Source: Felis catus (Eukaryota). Taken from it: a stretch of 64,000 nucleotides of DNA. Position 1 is the first letter of the stretch. Each line of letters opens with the position of its first letter. The position numbers were made by a program, and so were the translations under genes. Location: the NCBI RefSeq assembly GCF_018350175.1, contig NC_058372.1, forward strand, positions 29,326,001 through 29,390,000, given 5' to 3'. Below, in pieces: positions 1 through 10,474 of this stretch. Under the pieces are notes generated by a model, which was not told where the DNA came from, did not search any database, and was given only the letters and a program-made list of their open reading frames with translations.

Positions 1-1087
1 GCGGCGAGGGGCCCCCACCCCTGGCCCTGCCTTCACCCCATAGAACAGTCGGTTCATGAGGGGATCCCCAGGGGACTGGGGGGCAGGTGGGGCTGGGGGT
101 GGGGGAGACAGAGGGGCTGCTGGTGGGGGCCGGGGTTGCACTGCTTCCTCTTCCTGCCCTCTAGAGCCTCCAGTCCCAGCGTCCTCTGGTGGGAAGGGGG
201 AGGGCACAGAGCTGCAGTTCTGCAGGGTTCTCAAAGGCCTGCCCAGAGCCCCCGCCTTCTCCTTCTCAGCCTCGCCTTCTCCAGCCTCTGTACCAAAGGG
301 CCCCAGATACTTCTCAGCAGACTCTGGGGGGACTGGTTTCTGAATTTGAGTCTCTGTGTCCCTGGGTGTCCATTCTCGAACCTTCCCAGAATTCAGAGTC
401 CATTTCCATCCTTCTGTCAGCCTCAGTCCCCTCTCACCATCCTGCACAGGGCTACGCCTTTGTTCTGCTGCCTCCACTTCTCCAGAGCTGCTGTCTGGAG
501 CCTCCCTACTCAGGGTCTCTGACAGCTCTGTAATCTCTTCTGAGGCCAGCGTTGGAATTGGCCTCTCTTTTCTCCCACATTCCTCTGAGCAGTCTTTTCT
601 TTTTTCTAAGCTCGGCCTCCACTCTGATATCTCCAGTTGTACCAAACTCTGTTCCTGAGACTCTCCAGAGTCGGGCCTCCATTTATGGGCCTCTGTCAGG
701 CCCATCTTCTGGTTGTCAGACTCCGCTGGGCTCAGTCTACTTTCCACCACCTCTTTTCTCCTCGGGCTTTGTTCTCCAGGCTCTGCCAGTCTCAGACTCC
801 ACTCTGGAGTTTCTCCCGGGCTCAGCCTCCATTTCCGCGCTTCTGACAGTCTGGAGCTGTTGTCTCCAGCCTCTCCTGGGCTCTGCCTCCAGTCCCAAGC
901 CTCTAAAGGCCTGGGGCTCGACTCTCGGGCTCCCCCTATCCTCTTCTCTCTGGCCTCCCTGGGACTGAGCCGATCTTCTCTCGACTCTCTTCCCTTGGGG
1001 CTCTGATCCCGCATCTCCCCAGGGCTGGGTCTCTGCTCCCTGGCCTCCAAAGTCCCGGGCCTTCTTTCTGCAAGTAGTTCTTCATTA

Positions 1088-1140
<53 letters not shown>

Positions 1141-1422
1141 CTCCTGCCGAATGAATCGGTTCTGGTGCACTGGCCCAATGGCCTCTAGGAGGACAGCCGA
1201 CTCGTCTGGGTCTGGAGGTCCAGCCTCTGTAGTCCCAGGTGTAGGGCTAGGCTCCCCAGGAGACAGACCAAGCTTGGCCCGGCGGCGCTCCAGGAGCCCC
1301 CGCTTCCAGGCTGGCATCTGGGACAGACGCTCCCGCTCTGCCTTCTCCCGGCCACGAAGGGCTGCCTCCTCCTGCCGTCGCCGGGCTAGCAGCTGTAGCT
1401 TCCAGTCTGGGATGGTGGCCAT
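1..1422 (-). CDS. PPP1R18: Phostensin / protein phosphatase 1 regulatory subunit 18, large first coding exon (continues beyond window start)
   Basis: ATG at 1422-1420 reads MATIPDWKLQLLARRRQEEAA. The frame stays open to base 1 and ends ...GDPLMNRLFYGVKAGPGVGAPRR, matching phostensin. A splice acceptor lies just upstream (exon starts 1450). Absent from the ORF track because there is no stop in the window. Syntenic with NRM-MDC1. Confidence 0.95.
1090..1137 (-). repeat. Pure (CAG)16 coding microsatellite (polyglutamine)
   Basis: 16 uninterrupted CTG units on the + strand, in the Gln frame of PPP1R18 (RQER-Q16-RNEELL). Confidence 0.95.
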
Positions 1423-1899
1423 GACCGCGTTGAGGTAAGGGTGCGGAGCGCTGGGGCCAGAGAACAGGAAGGAGAGGCTCCAGAGGCCCTGGGGGTGAGA
1501 CTGGGGGTGGGCGGAGAGGAAGTAGAGGGGGAGAGGTGGGACACAGAGATGGGCAAAGGAGCTGAGGGTGAAGACAGAGGGAAAGAGGGAGAAGACGGAA
1601 AGCAGAGAAAGGGGAAAACTACGAAAGTGAAGAAACAGCTGTGGACCAAGTGGGGGTGGGGTCGTGGCAGTGAGAGGAAGAGTGGAGATTCAGGGCAAAG
1701 AGGCAGGAGTCAGATTTGGTAATGTACGGTTAATGGTATCACAGTCCCAAGGATGTGAGAGGAGAGAAAGGCGGAAAAAGAAGCCGGCATGAGGGAGGAG
1801 AGAGAAAAGAGAGGAGGGGGAGGGGGGGTTGCGGGGGAGTAGGGGTCAGGTGAGGTTTCCCCACAGCTACTCCAGAGGCGGTTAGAGTGGGAAGGGAGG

Positions 1900-3400
1900 T
1901 CAGGGAATCCCGCCCGAGAAGGGGTGGTGGGACCTGAGGAGGGGGGGCGGGGAGGTGAGGAGGGGCGGAGAGTGGAGAGGTCCAGGGGAGCAAGGAGACT
2001 CCGGGGGCAGAGGGGAAATAGAGCTCCGCGGGAGGAGCGGGGCGCGCGTTTCAGCGCGGGCCGGGGAGGTCCTGGCTCCCCTCCCAGATCCGCTCGGGCC
2101 ACGCCTCTCCGGCCCCCTGCCGCCACCCCTCCGCCCTGCACTCCGCCCCCAGGCAGGTCGGGGGGAAATACCCTCCCTTGAGGACTTTCGGAACCCTGGC
2201 GTCCACCCCCACCCGTCCCGCCACCACCGCCTGCCTCTCCCACCTGCCGGGCCCGGGACCCTGGGTGCGGAGCACCGGCTCCACGACTCTGCTCTCCGGA
2301 CCTTCGAGTCCTATGCCCGGGTCTCCGATCTCACGGAACCCTGACATAGCCGGCCATCCCCACCCAGCTCGGACCGCACAGACAATCTCGGCACAAAGAG
2401 GAGACAGCCCAAGGTCCTGGCTGGGGGCAGGAGCGGGGACAGAGGGAGGAGACACCCCTTCCCCAAGTCTGAAGCCCCTCAGTCAACTCACTAGCCAGCG
2501 GGGTTCCCAGGGGAGGGGGTGCGGAGGAGCCTGGCGTCCGGAGGGAGGAGGAGAGAGGAAGAGGAGGAGAGTGGGATTGAGGGAGATCCGGAGACAGGAG
2601 GGAGGGGAGGAGGGAAGGAAAGGAGGAGGAGGGAAGACGGAGTAGAGGAGGAGGGACGGAGACAGAGACCTGGGGGCCGGGCGGGGGGCGGCGACCGCTT
2701 TGTCTGAGGACAATGGGGAAAGGGAAGGGGGCGCGGGGCGGGGCCCGAGGGGGCGGGGCCTCGCTCCAGAGACCCCGCTTGGGACTAGACTTTCCGACTC
2801 ACCCCTTTCCCGCCGCAACCCCTGGCCCTTCGCTCTCTGTCTTCAGGACCCTCAACCCACCCCCACCTCCCCAGTAGCCCTGGAGAACCTAGGTGTCCAG
2901 ACCCTCGCCCCCAGCTCACAGACTCAAGGCAGCGGCCCATGACTCAGGCCCCTCCAGGGACTTGGAGAGGAAGCAGCAGCTGCTGCGAGCCGGACCCGCC
3001 CTTCCCATCTCCTGCCGCTCCTCCCCACGCTTTTGCCTCCCCCCGCCCCCCACCCCGACAGCCTTTGTTACTGCGGGGTCCAGGGCCGCCACCAGGCTGC
3101 GGTGGGTCTGTGGAGAGCCGGGGCGGCTGGAGAAGTGCTCAGAAGCCAACGACTTTGGAAACTGGTTCCCCCACCAGAGCCAATGCCCCACTCTCTAGCT
3201 TCATCCTGTCTTCCATGGGTCCCCTGGTCTGCAGTGGGAAAATTGGGGAATTTGGAGGAAGGGGGACCGGGGAGATGGGGGTGGGTCTGCCGGAGTGGTC
3301 GCCGCCCAGCTGTCGCCAGAGGGCGCGGTGGCTGCCCAGACTCGAGTTTGGCGTGCCCTGGCTCCGCTTGCCTTCCGTCCCAAAGTTAGCCCTCTGGCTA
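1900..3400. promoter_or_regulatory. CpG-rich PPP1R18 promoter / 5' non-coding exon region
   Basis: High GC and CpG content, several GGGCGG boxes (~2680-2760), and minus-strand GTGAGT donors at ~2486-2491 and ~2797-2802. Confidence 0.7.
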
Positions 3401-3449
3401 GAGAAGACACTGACAGACTACATGGCATATGTAGAAAAAAAGGCTGAAT

Positions 3450-3455
3450 TTTATT
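3450..3455 (-). terminator. Probable NRM polyadenylation signal (AATAAA)
   Basis: TTTATT on the + strand, ~520 nt downstream of the NRM stop. Confidence 0.7.
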
Positions 3456-3972
3456 TTTCTGCTGCGCGTGTTCCTCGGGAGAACAGAAGAGCGGAAGGAT
3501 CCTCTCAACTAGGTTAGAGGACAGAGCCAGGGGCAGGGCCTAAAGAGGCCAGTGGGGCAGGCACTACCATCAAACCTGCAGACTCTGCTCCTAGGAAGGG
3601 AAGCTGGAGGAGAAGGAGATCCCTGAGGCACAGAATCAAGTAACAGTGGGAGGGAAGTGGTCAGGCCCACCCTTCTTCCTTTATAAGGAGGTTCTTGAGG
3701 CAGGTGGGTGGGAGGGGATCAAGCGGGGGATCAAGCCCTAAACTGTGAGGAGACATAAGTTTCCCACCTCCTTTTCCTGGCTGGTGAGAAGATCTTGGAG
3801 GTCCAGTGGTTGAAACTCAAAATTTAGGTATGGAGCTGGGCCCAAGGAGTGGAGGCTCAAACAAGGGAAGGGACAGCCCCTTCAGTCCATAGATTTGGGC
3901 CTCTGGTCTGAAGCAGCCAGGGCCTGGATGTTAAAGGAGAGGAAGTGCAGGGCTTGGAACCAGGCTAGCTCT

Positions 3973-6298
3973 TCACTCAGCCTCACCTTCCTGGGGCCGG
4001 GAGAGCAGGTTGAGTTTTCTTTGTAACTGGGCCCGGAGGTAGCGGAGGTCTTGCTGGTCAAGTCCGTGAGCCAGGCCCAGGTAGAGTGTAAGGAGGAGAG
4101 CAAGGAGGAGGCGGTCAGTGCCCAGGGTGGGCACCACCCACAGCACTGTCAGCAACTCCACACAGACTGGGTGGCGCAAGTGGGAGAAGAGTCTCAGAGC
4201 CCGGGGAGACTTCAGGGCCAGAGGCTCACCCAGCCCCAGCACATGGTAGTATACCTAGGAGGGAGAACAGCTTAGAAATGAAGTCAAACCCTTTTTGCAA
4301 CTTAGCCACCTCTTTCCTCCCTTTGGAGGAAACTTCCCCTTCTATAACTCAGGCCCAAGAACCACCCTTCTGAGACCTGGACTCCTGATTCTCATCTCTG
4401 CTAGGCCCAGGAGGCCTATGGTTTCTGACCTTTGAGGGAAAGCTGAGGGGAGACTCTCTTATAAGAAAAGGAAGTAGGCGAGGGAGTTGAAAGAAGAGGA
4501 AGGTGGAAGAGCATGGGAGGAGGAGGAGGAGGGAAATCCTTGAAAGGGAAAGAGGCATTCTAGAGGGAATCAGAGGTCTCAGGTAGCAATCTGGGAGCCT
4601 CACCTGTTTGAGGCCCATGAGCTCGGCGTAGTCAAAGACGAGAAGGATGCTGAAGATGAGGAGCCAGGCTATGACGTGGAGCACAAAGCAGAGAAGGGGC
4701 ACCCAGGTGGCCCATGGCTCAGCTCGAGCCTCCCACAACACAGGGCCTCTGGGTACAGGTTCCCAGTACCGCATCACCAACTGGGAAAGGATGAGGGGCT
4801 GGGTATCTCAGCAGCCTACCCTTGAAAGACCTAGACCCAGAGGCTGCCCCCACCCCAGGCTGGCCTGCAGTTCTCCCCACCTCTACCATGAGCGTCATAA
4901 ACAAAAATTCACCATGTGGAGCATCCCATGTGGGGTCCCAAGGATGTAAGGATAACCTGTATCTACCCTGAGGACTTAAGAGAACAGACGGGGGTGACCA
5001 GATAGGTACATAAAGTAGCCTGTGCCAAGCACACACTGAGAAAACAAATGTGTACTAACTGGGAAGCCTCCTCTTGAGACCTCAAGAAGTGATTCTGAAG
5101 AAAGGGTAGGACTGAAAGAGGTGTCACCAAAGGGATCTCAAGCAGAACAACATGAACAAAGTTGCAAAGGTGAGAATGCACATATGGTACTTGGGGAATG
5201 AGGAGTGGTACACCATTCTTGATAAGAAGAAGGATATGTGCTGTGGAGGAATGGAAGCTAAGATTAGAGTCCTAAACACCCTAAATTCCCCTAAACCCAC
5301 ATTTTATCAGAAGGCTAAGGTCCTTGCCCCTTCAACTGAGGGCACCCTTCTCACAGATTGTTTCCCTTGGGGACTCAGTGGCCAAGACCTCATACCTGCA
5401 ATGCCAGGGCAGTGCATGCCACGTACAGTGACCTCTGAAGAACCCCAAAATATCGAGACATCCACGCCTTCACTGTCTCAGTTGCCATGAGGCTGTGCTG
5501 CCCCACAAATAGTATCAGGAGACCCAGATCCCAAGCCAGGGGGGCAAGGATGCTGCAGTCCTGCAGAGCAGCCAGCCATCCTTGGCGGGCATCTAGGGGG
5601 AGTTCAAGAAGGGGACAAAAGATCAAGAAAGTTTCAGGAAACACCCCCTACCCTAATCTCCTCTTGGGGGTCCCAGGCCATGTCCTTTAATGCTTTCAAA
5701 AGCCTTAATGCTTCCTCTCCTGGTTTTTCCCATATTGCTTTTCCATTCTCTGCCCTTTCCCTTTTCCCCAGGCCTCCTTCAGAGTGGGGAGGAGGATTCC
5801 TTCAATCACAAAAGGCTTGGCTAGAGAGGCCACCATTGGACTGATCCTCGTGTTTTCGGTACTCCAAATGTGCCCTCTTTTTAACACTCCCCTCTCCATA
5901 GTCCTCTCTACAAAAGCACTTTCCTTTCCTCTGCTTCTTATCGCCTTTTCCCTCACCACTCAGTCCTAACTTCCGCCTCTCCAAACCGCTAATCCCTGAG
6001 TTCCTAATTTAGCCCTCCGGTCAGCCCTGAAGCTTCTCGGGCTTTCAAGGTTCTAGTTCCCTCTCCCGGACTTCCCCTGTCATTTGTCTCGAAGCCCCGC
6101 CCTCCCTCGCTCTCGTCCGGCTCCACCTCCAGCCACAGAGCTCATCCTCGATCCCTTCCGCTCACCCGGACCCCCAGGCTCCGGGAGCCCTCCAAGAAGT
6201 GGCCGAAGAGAGGTAAAGCGCACGAACTCCACTCCGGTGCCAAAAGCCAGGATGAAAGAGGCGAGGGCAGCAGGGACGAGGAGCAGAGATGGGGCCAT
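3973..6298 (-). CDS. NRM: Nurim, nuclear envelope membrane protein (262 aa, 4 exons)
   Basis: Exons 6298-6166, 5592-5396, 4780-4604, 4254-3973 total 789 nt, all GT-AG. N-term [34 protein letters not shown] motif, C-term [10 protein letters not shown]. Confidence 0.97.
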
Positions 6299-6299
6299 G

Positions 6300-6560
6300 G
6301 CGACACTCGGAGGGGTTGGGAAAAGGGCGGGTATGGGATTCCCGCGGCCGCAGGCCCCGCCCCCGCCCCCACCTCCAGCCTGGGGTCCTGCCCAGGAAGG
6401 CGTGGCTCCTTCGCGCCGCTGCCTCGGCGTGCGTTCTCCGCGCGCTTTTTTTTCACACTGTCCCTAGGGCGGGTCCCGGCGCCTTGACTGAGCCTGCGGT
6501 CGCCGCGTCATAGAAGGGAATGTTAGAATTCTGAGTGACAAGTGGAAACGTAGGCTGCTC
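6300..6560. promoter_or_regulatory. NRM CpG-island promoter
   Basis: CpG-dense, with tandem GC boxes at ~6354-6370 just upstream of the ATG. Confidence 0.7.
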
Positions 6561-7339
6561 TGCAGCCACTCGTGTGGGTTGAGTCGCAGCTCGGCTAGTT
6601 GTCTCATCTAAAATGAAGACCGTTCGTTCGTTTCTTTCAGGGTTCTTGTAGAAAACGAGAATTATAAACCGCCTTTTCTGTAACCTTAGCCACTAAACAT
6701 AGCCAAAGTCAGAGGTTACAAAGCGTCGGTTAACGCTTCAAATAGGAAACGGTGAGAGAACGGAAGACTGTTGACCGAGGCTGAAAACCCAAAGGTCTGA
6801 ATCACCTATTACATCTTGTTAAAAAGTTAGTGACCATTTTACCATAAAGTAAATTGTTTATTCTGTAACTTATTCTCTCCACTTGCCAAGGACAGAGAAT
6901 TTCTCTGTAACACTTAGATTATTTCTAATAATGCCAAAGGCTGTTGATCTATAATCATGAGAATAACAATGTTAAATATTTGTGATAGAAAATTTTGTGT
7001 TGTAAACTTTGTAGTAGGTTAATTTTACCCAAGCTTGTGATAATTATGACTTTACTCTGCAAGCTCATAAGCCTGACCACCATCCACGAGTCAGAAACCG
7101 CTAAGATCTTTTGTCTGAATTTTTTCCTCCAGACCTATTTGTAATACCTACAGAATAACATATTTGAAAAGCAAAGTAAAAATAAGGTTTTCCTCCATCT
7201 GAATTAAACATCATGTTGCTAAGGACCTAGTCACAGTACCTATGACCATAGCAGGGACCTTAGAACATCATGTAGCGAAATCCTTCAGCTTACAGACATA
7301 AGAATATAAAGAAAATTTACCAAGATGAGAACTAAGTTG

Positions 7340-7766
7340 CTGCTAGTCCTGTGGGCTCATGGATGAGAAAATTGCCAGGCAGCATCCCAAAGCCTTTACT
7401 TTCCTTCTGTTGGAGGATCAGTACTCCCACCCTCCTCTGAATCAGTGCTGTTGTAAACTATACCAGTCTTATGTTTTCCCTCCAGATGCACCCTTCACCC
7501 TTCTTGTTCGAGGTTGTCCCGAATGGACTAAATCAATGAAAATCACAGCTTTTATTGAGGAAGCCCTCTCTGCATAACTGCTCTCTCCTCTCAACCTTTT
7601 GGACTTAGAGGTGGTCACAATAGAGCTGTGAGTACTAGGGTACTGTAACATTATGATTTCTCTACACTCTCCCAACTTCCTTGTCATTTTCACTGTATTA
7701 AACTCTCTCCAATTATCCTAATTTGACTGTGCTGTTATTTCCTGCTAGGACCCTGATAGAAATACA
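7340..7766. mobile_element. Possible ancient ERVL-type LTR fragment
   Basis: Ends ...tttcctgctaggaccctgatagaaataca, resembling ERVL LTR termini. The family is not securely identified. Confidence 0.3.
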
Positions 7767-7996
7767 TTATTTGTACTACTATAGTATTCATTGGAAGTGT
7801 AAGAAAAGATCTCTATTCTCCAGAAGTTTAAACTGGGGCACTTCAATGTCACTAAGTCAAGATGCAGATGAGTGCTAAAATGGGGGTATAGAGACAGCTA
7901 GTACTGTAAGGCGCCCCATGAACCTCAAGGCCATAGACAGTTTCACACAGTACAAGATTCTGAGTGTGCAAGGGGACTAATATTTATTTGGGTCCT

Positions 7997-9047
7997 ACTG
8001 TGCTGACAGCTCATAGCCTGGAGCCTGCTTCAGATTCTGTCTCCCTCTCTCTGCCCTTCCCCCACCTTGTGCGTGTGTGCTCTCTCTCAAAAATAAATAA
8101 ACATTAAAAAAGAGAGACATGTTTATATGTTTAAAAGTCAGCAGTATGTGGCAAAGCTCATGCTCTTTCTACTACACCAAAGTTTTACAAACTTAAGTAT
8201 AATTTACTTGCAGAAAAGCCACTAACTAATCACCCATCTTTGTTATTAAAGTGAAATTCACATAACATAAAAACAACTATTTTAAAGAGAACAATCCAGT
8301 GACATTTAATACAATTCATAATGTGTGCAATCACCATCTCTATCTAGTTCCAAAGCATTTTTATCATTCCAAAATAAAACCCTATACCCATTAAGCAGTC
8401 ACTCCCCATTTCCCTTCTCCCAGCTGCTGACAACCACTACTCTACTCTGTCTCTATGAATTTACCTATTCCAAGTATTTCATGTAGGTGGAATCATCCCA
8501 GGTGACTTTGTGTCTGGCTTCTTTCACTTAGTATAATGCTTTTGAGGTTCATTCTCAAAACATTGTAGCAAGAATTGATACTTCATCTCCTTTTATGGAT
8601 GAATAATATTCTGTTGTGTGGATATGCCACATTTGTTTATTCACCTGTTAATGAACATTTTTCTTTTCACCTTTTGGCTCTAATGAAGTATAGATATGAA
8701 CATCTGTGTACAAGTATTTGTTTCAACATGTGTTTTAAGTCTTTTGGGTGCACACCTACTAGTGGAATTACTGGGTCTTTTGGTAATTCTATGTCTAATT
8801 TTTTAGAAATTGTCAGATTGTTTACCACAGCAGCTGAACCATTTTATATTCCCACCAGCAATATGTGATAAGGGTTCCAATTTCTCCACATCATTGAAAT
8901 CAACCAACTTTTAAACTTTAAATTTAAGGGGCACCTGGATGGTTCAATTGGTGGAACATGCAACTCTTGATCTTGGGGTTGTGAGTTCAAGCCCCACAGT
9001 GGGTGTAGAGCTTACTTTAAAGACAAAAATAAACAAATACATAAATA
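7997..9047. mobile_element. Truncated CAN-SINE (7997-8111), old L1M 3' fragment (~8240-8895, -) and short CAN-SINE (~8927-9047)
   Basis: SINE body and tail motifs. L1 antisense signatures include cttctttcacttagtataatg and ttttatattcccaccagcaat. Confidence 0.8.
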
Positions 9048-9131
9048 AGATGTAAGATTATAAATAAATAATACATAAATTTAAGATGTTTAAAAAAAAC
9101 CTGCACTACACCATAAGGCACAGAGTGAATA

Positions 9132-9137
9132 TTTATT
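9132..9137 (-). terminator. Probable distal MDC1 polyadenylation signal
   Basis: AATAAA in the minus-strand context gtgataaataaatattcactctgtgcctta, which I recall as the mammalian MDC1 mRNA 3' end. Confidence 0.7.
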
Positions 9138-9524
9138 TATCACAGAAATTAAACCTAAGCTCTAATTTTATAAATACTGGAAAAGCAGGCCAGAAAAGTG
9201 CAAAGATCTGCTCAAAGTCAAAACTAAAGAACACTTCTAACAAGATGGGGTGAAGAGAGAGGAAAATATTTTAGTAGCATTCCATACCTCCAACCTCAAA
9301 TTTACTCACTCCAAGCATCCCTTCAAGTTCTTGACACTAAAATTGTTTCTACTCTCTTTCAGAGGATGAATAAGAATCCCAGTCAAAGAGGGAGAGAGAT
9401 GGCTTCCAAACAGGAGGCAGGACACCATGTGTGCCACACAGCAGTAAGTACATCAGTCCTGCTAAGGGCAGCCACTTATGATATCTGAGAATGGGATTAC
9501 CCAACTCTAAGTGGCCATTTGAGA

Positions 9525-10284
9525 AATCTGTGTCTCATCAGGTGACCCAGCTGCCTCCCACTCCTTGTGTCTCAATCTAAACACTGAGTGACCACTGACA
9601 TGCTCCAACTCCTGGGCTGTAGTGTCTTTGTGGAGATGGTAAATAGACCTGAATAGCTTATAGGAGGCCCCTCCCTTCTCAAAGATGGGAGGGGTCTCTG
9701 CCTCAGTTTCCCCTTCTAGACAGCAGAGGGCTCTGGCTGTCCCCCACTGATATCATTATGGAACCCCAGCTGGGGTCCCTATTCAGTGCTGACTCCCCCC
9801 TCCTAGCAGCTGCTCTTCCAAACACACCCCTCCTCCTGCTGCCCCAGCCCTTGACACTGGCTGGCCTTCCCCCCCACACACAGGCCACGAGATGGGCTCC
9901 TGAGACCCTCCCCCAGCAAAGGGCTGCCTGCAGCTCATTCTGGAGAGAGAGAGCAGGCAAAAACTTGGACTGGCAGATAGAGGCCTGGGGAGTCAGAGTG
10001 CCTCAGTTTCCTCCTCAATAGCAACTGAGTATTTATAGTATCTGAAAGCAGGCTTGATACTTGATGGCACAAATGTAGACTTCATCTCCTTTCCCGCTTC
10101 CTGCAGGAAGCAGGATGGGGGCAGGTAGCACCTGGTAGGCAGGATGGTTTGCCCCTCCCTTCTCCATCCCTTCTGGAAGTTTTGGGGCCTTAGTGCCTGC
10201 AACAGCCAGCCTTGGGCAAATAAAAGACTAGGTTGTTTACTAAAAAACAAACAAACAAACAAACAAAAAAATACAAAAAAAAAA
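9525..10284 (+). pseudogene. Putative 5'-truncated retrocopy (mRNA 3' UTR fragment, parent unidentified), antisense within the MDC1 3' UTR
   Basis: GC-rich, non-SINE/LINE sequence. AATAAA at 10219-10224 is followed 17 nt later by an A-rich tail (10242-10284). MDC1 3'UTR-like sequence lies on both sides. No clean TSD. Confidence 0.65.
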
Positions 10285-10474
10285 CCAACTGTGGCTAAAA
10301 TCTCATTATCTTTTTGTTTATCCATAAGCCTTTTTAGCCCCACCCATGTTCCAAGACAAATCAGGTCAGTATACCCCAATTCTTTCTAAAGCCCTAGGTT
10401 CTTTCTTCCAAATCTTTTCTAACACTTTATTTACTGGTCTGGGAGGGAAAACAGTAAGTACTGTGGTGATGTTT

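Noticed and set aside
936-1178. Poly-serine ORF
   Set aside because: Alternative frame of the PPP1R18 CAG tract.
1700-3520. Overlapping 100-190 aa GC-rich ORFs (similar ones at 24000-24550, 27380-27950, 45100-46060)
   Set aside because: Stop-codon depletion in CpG islands, with no recognisable protein similarity.
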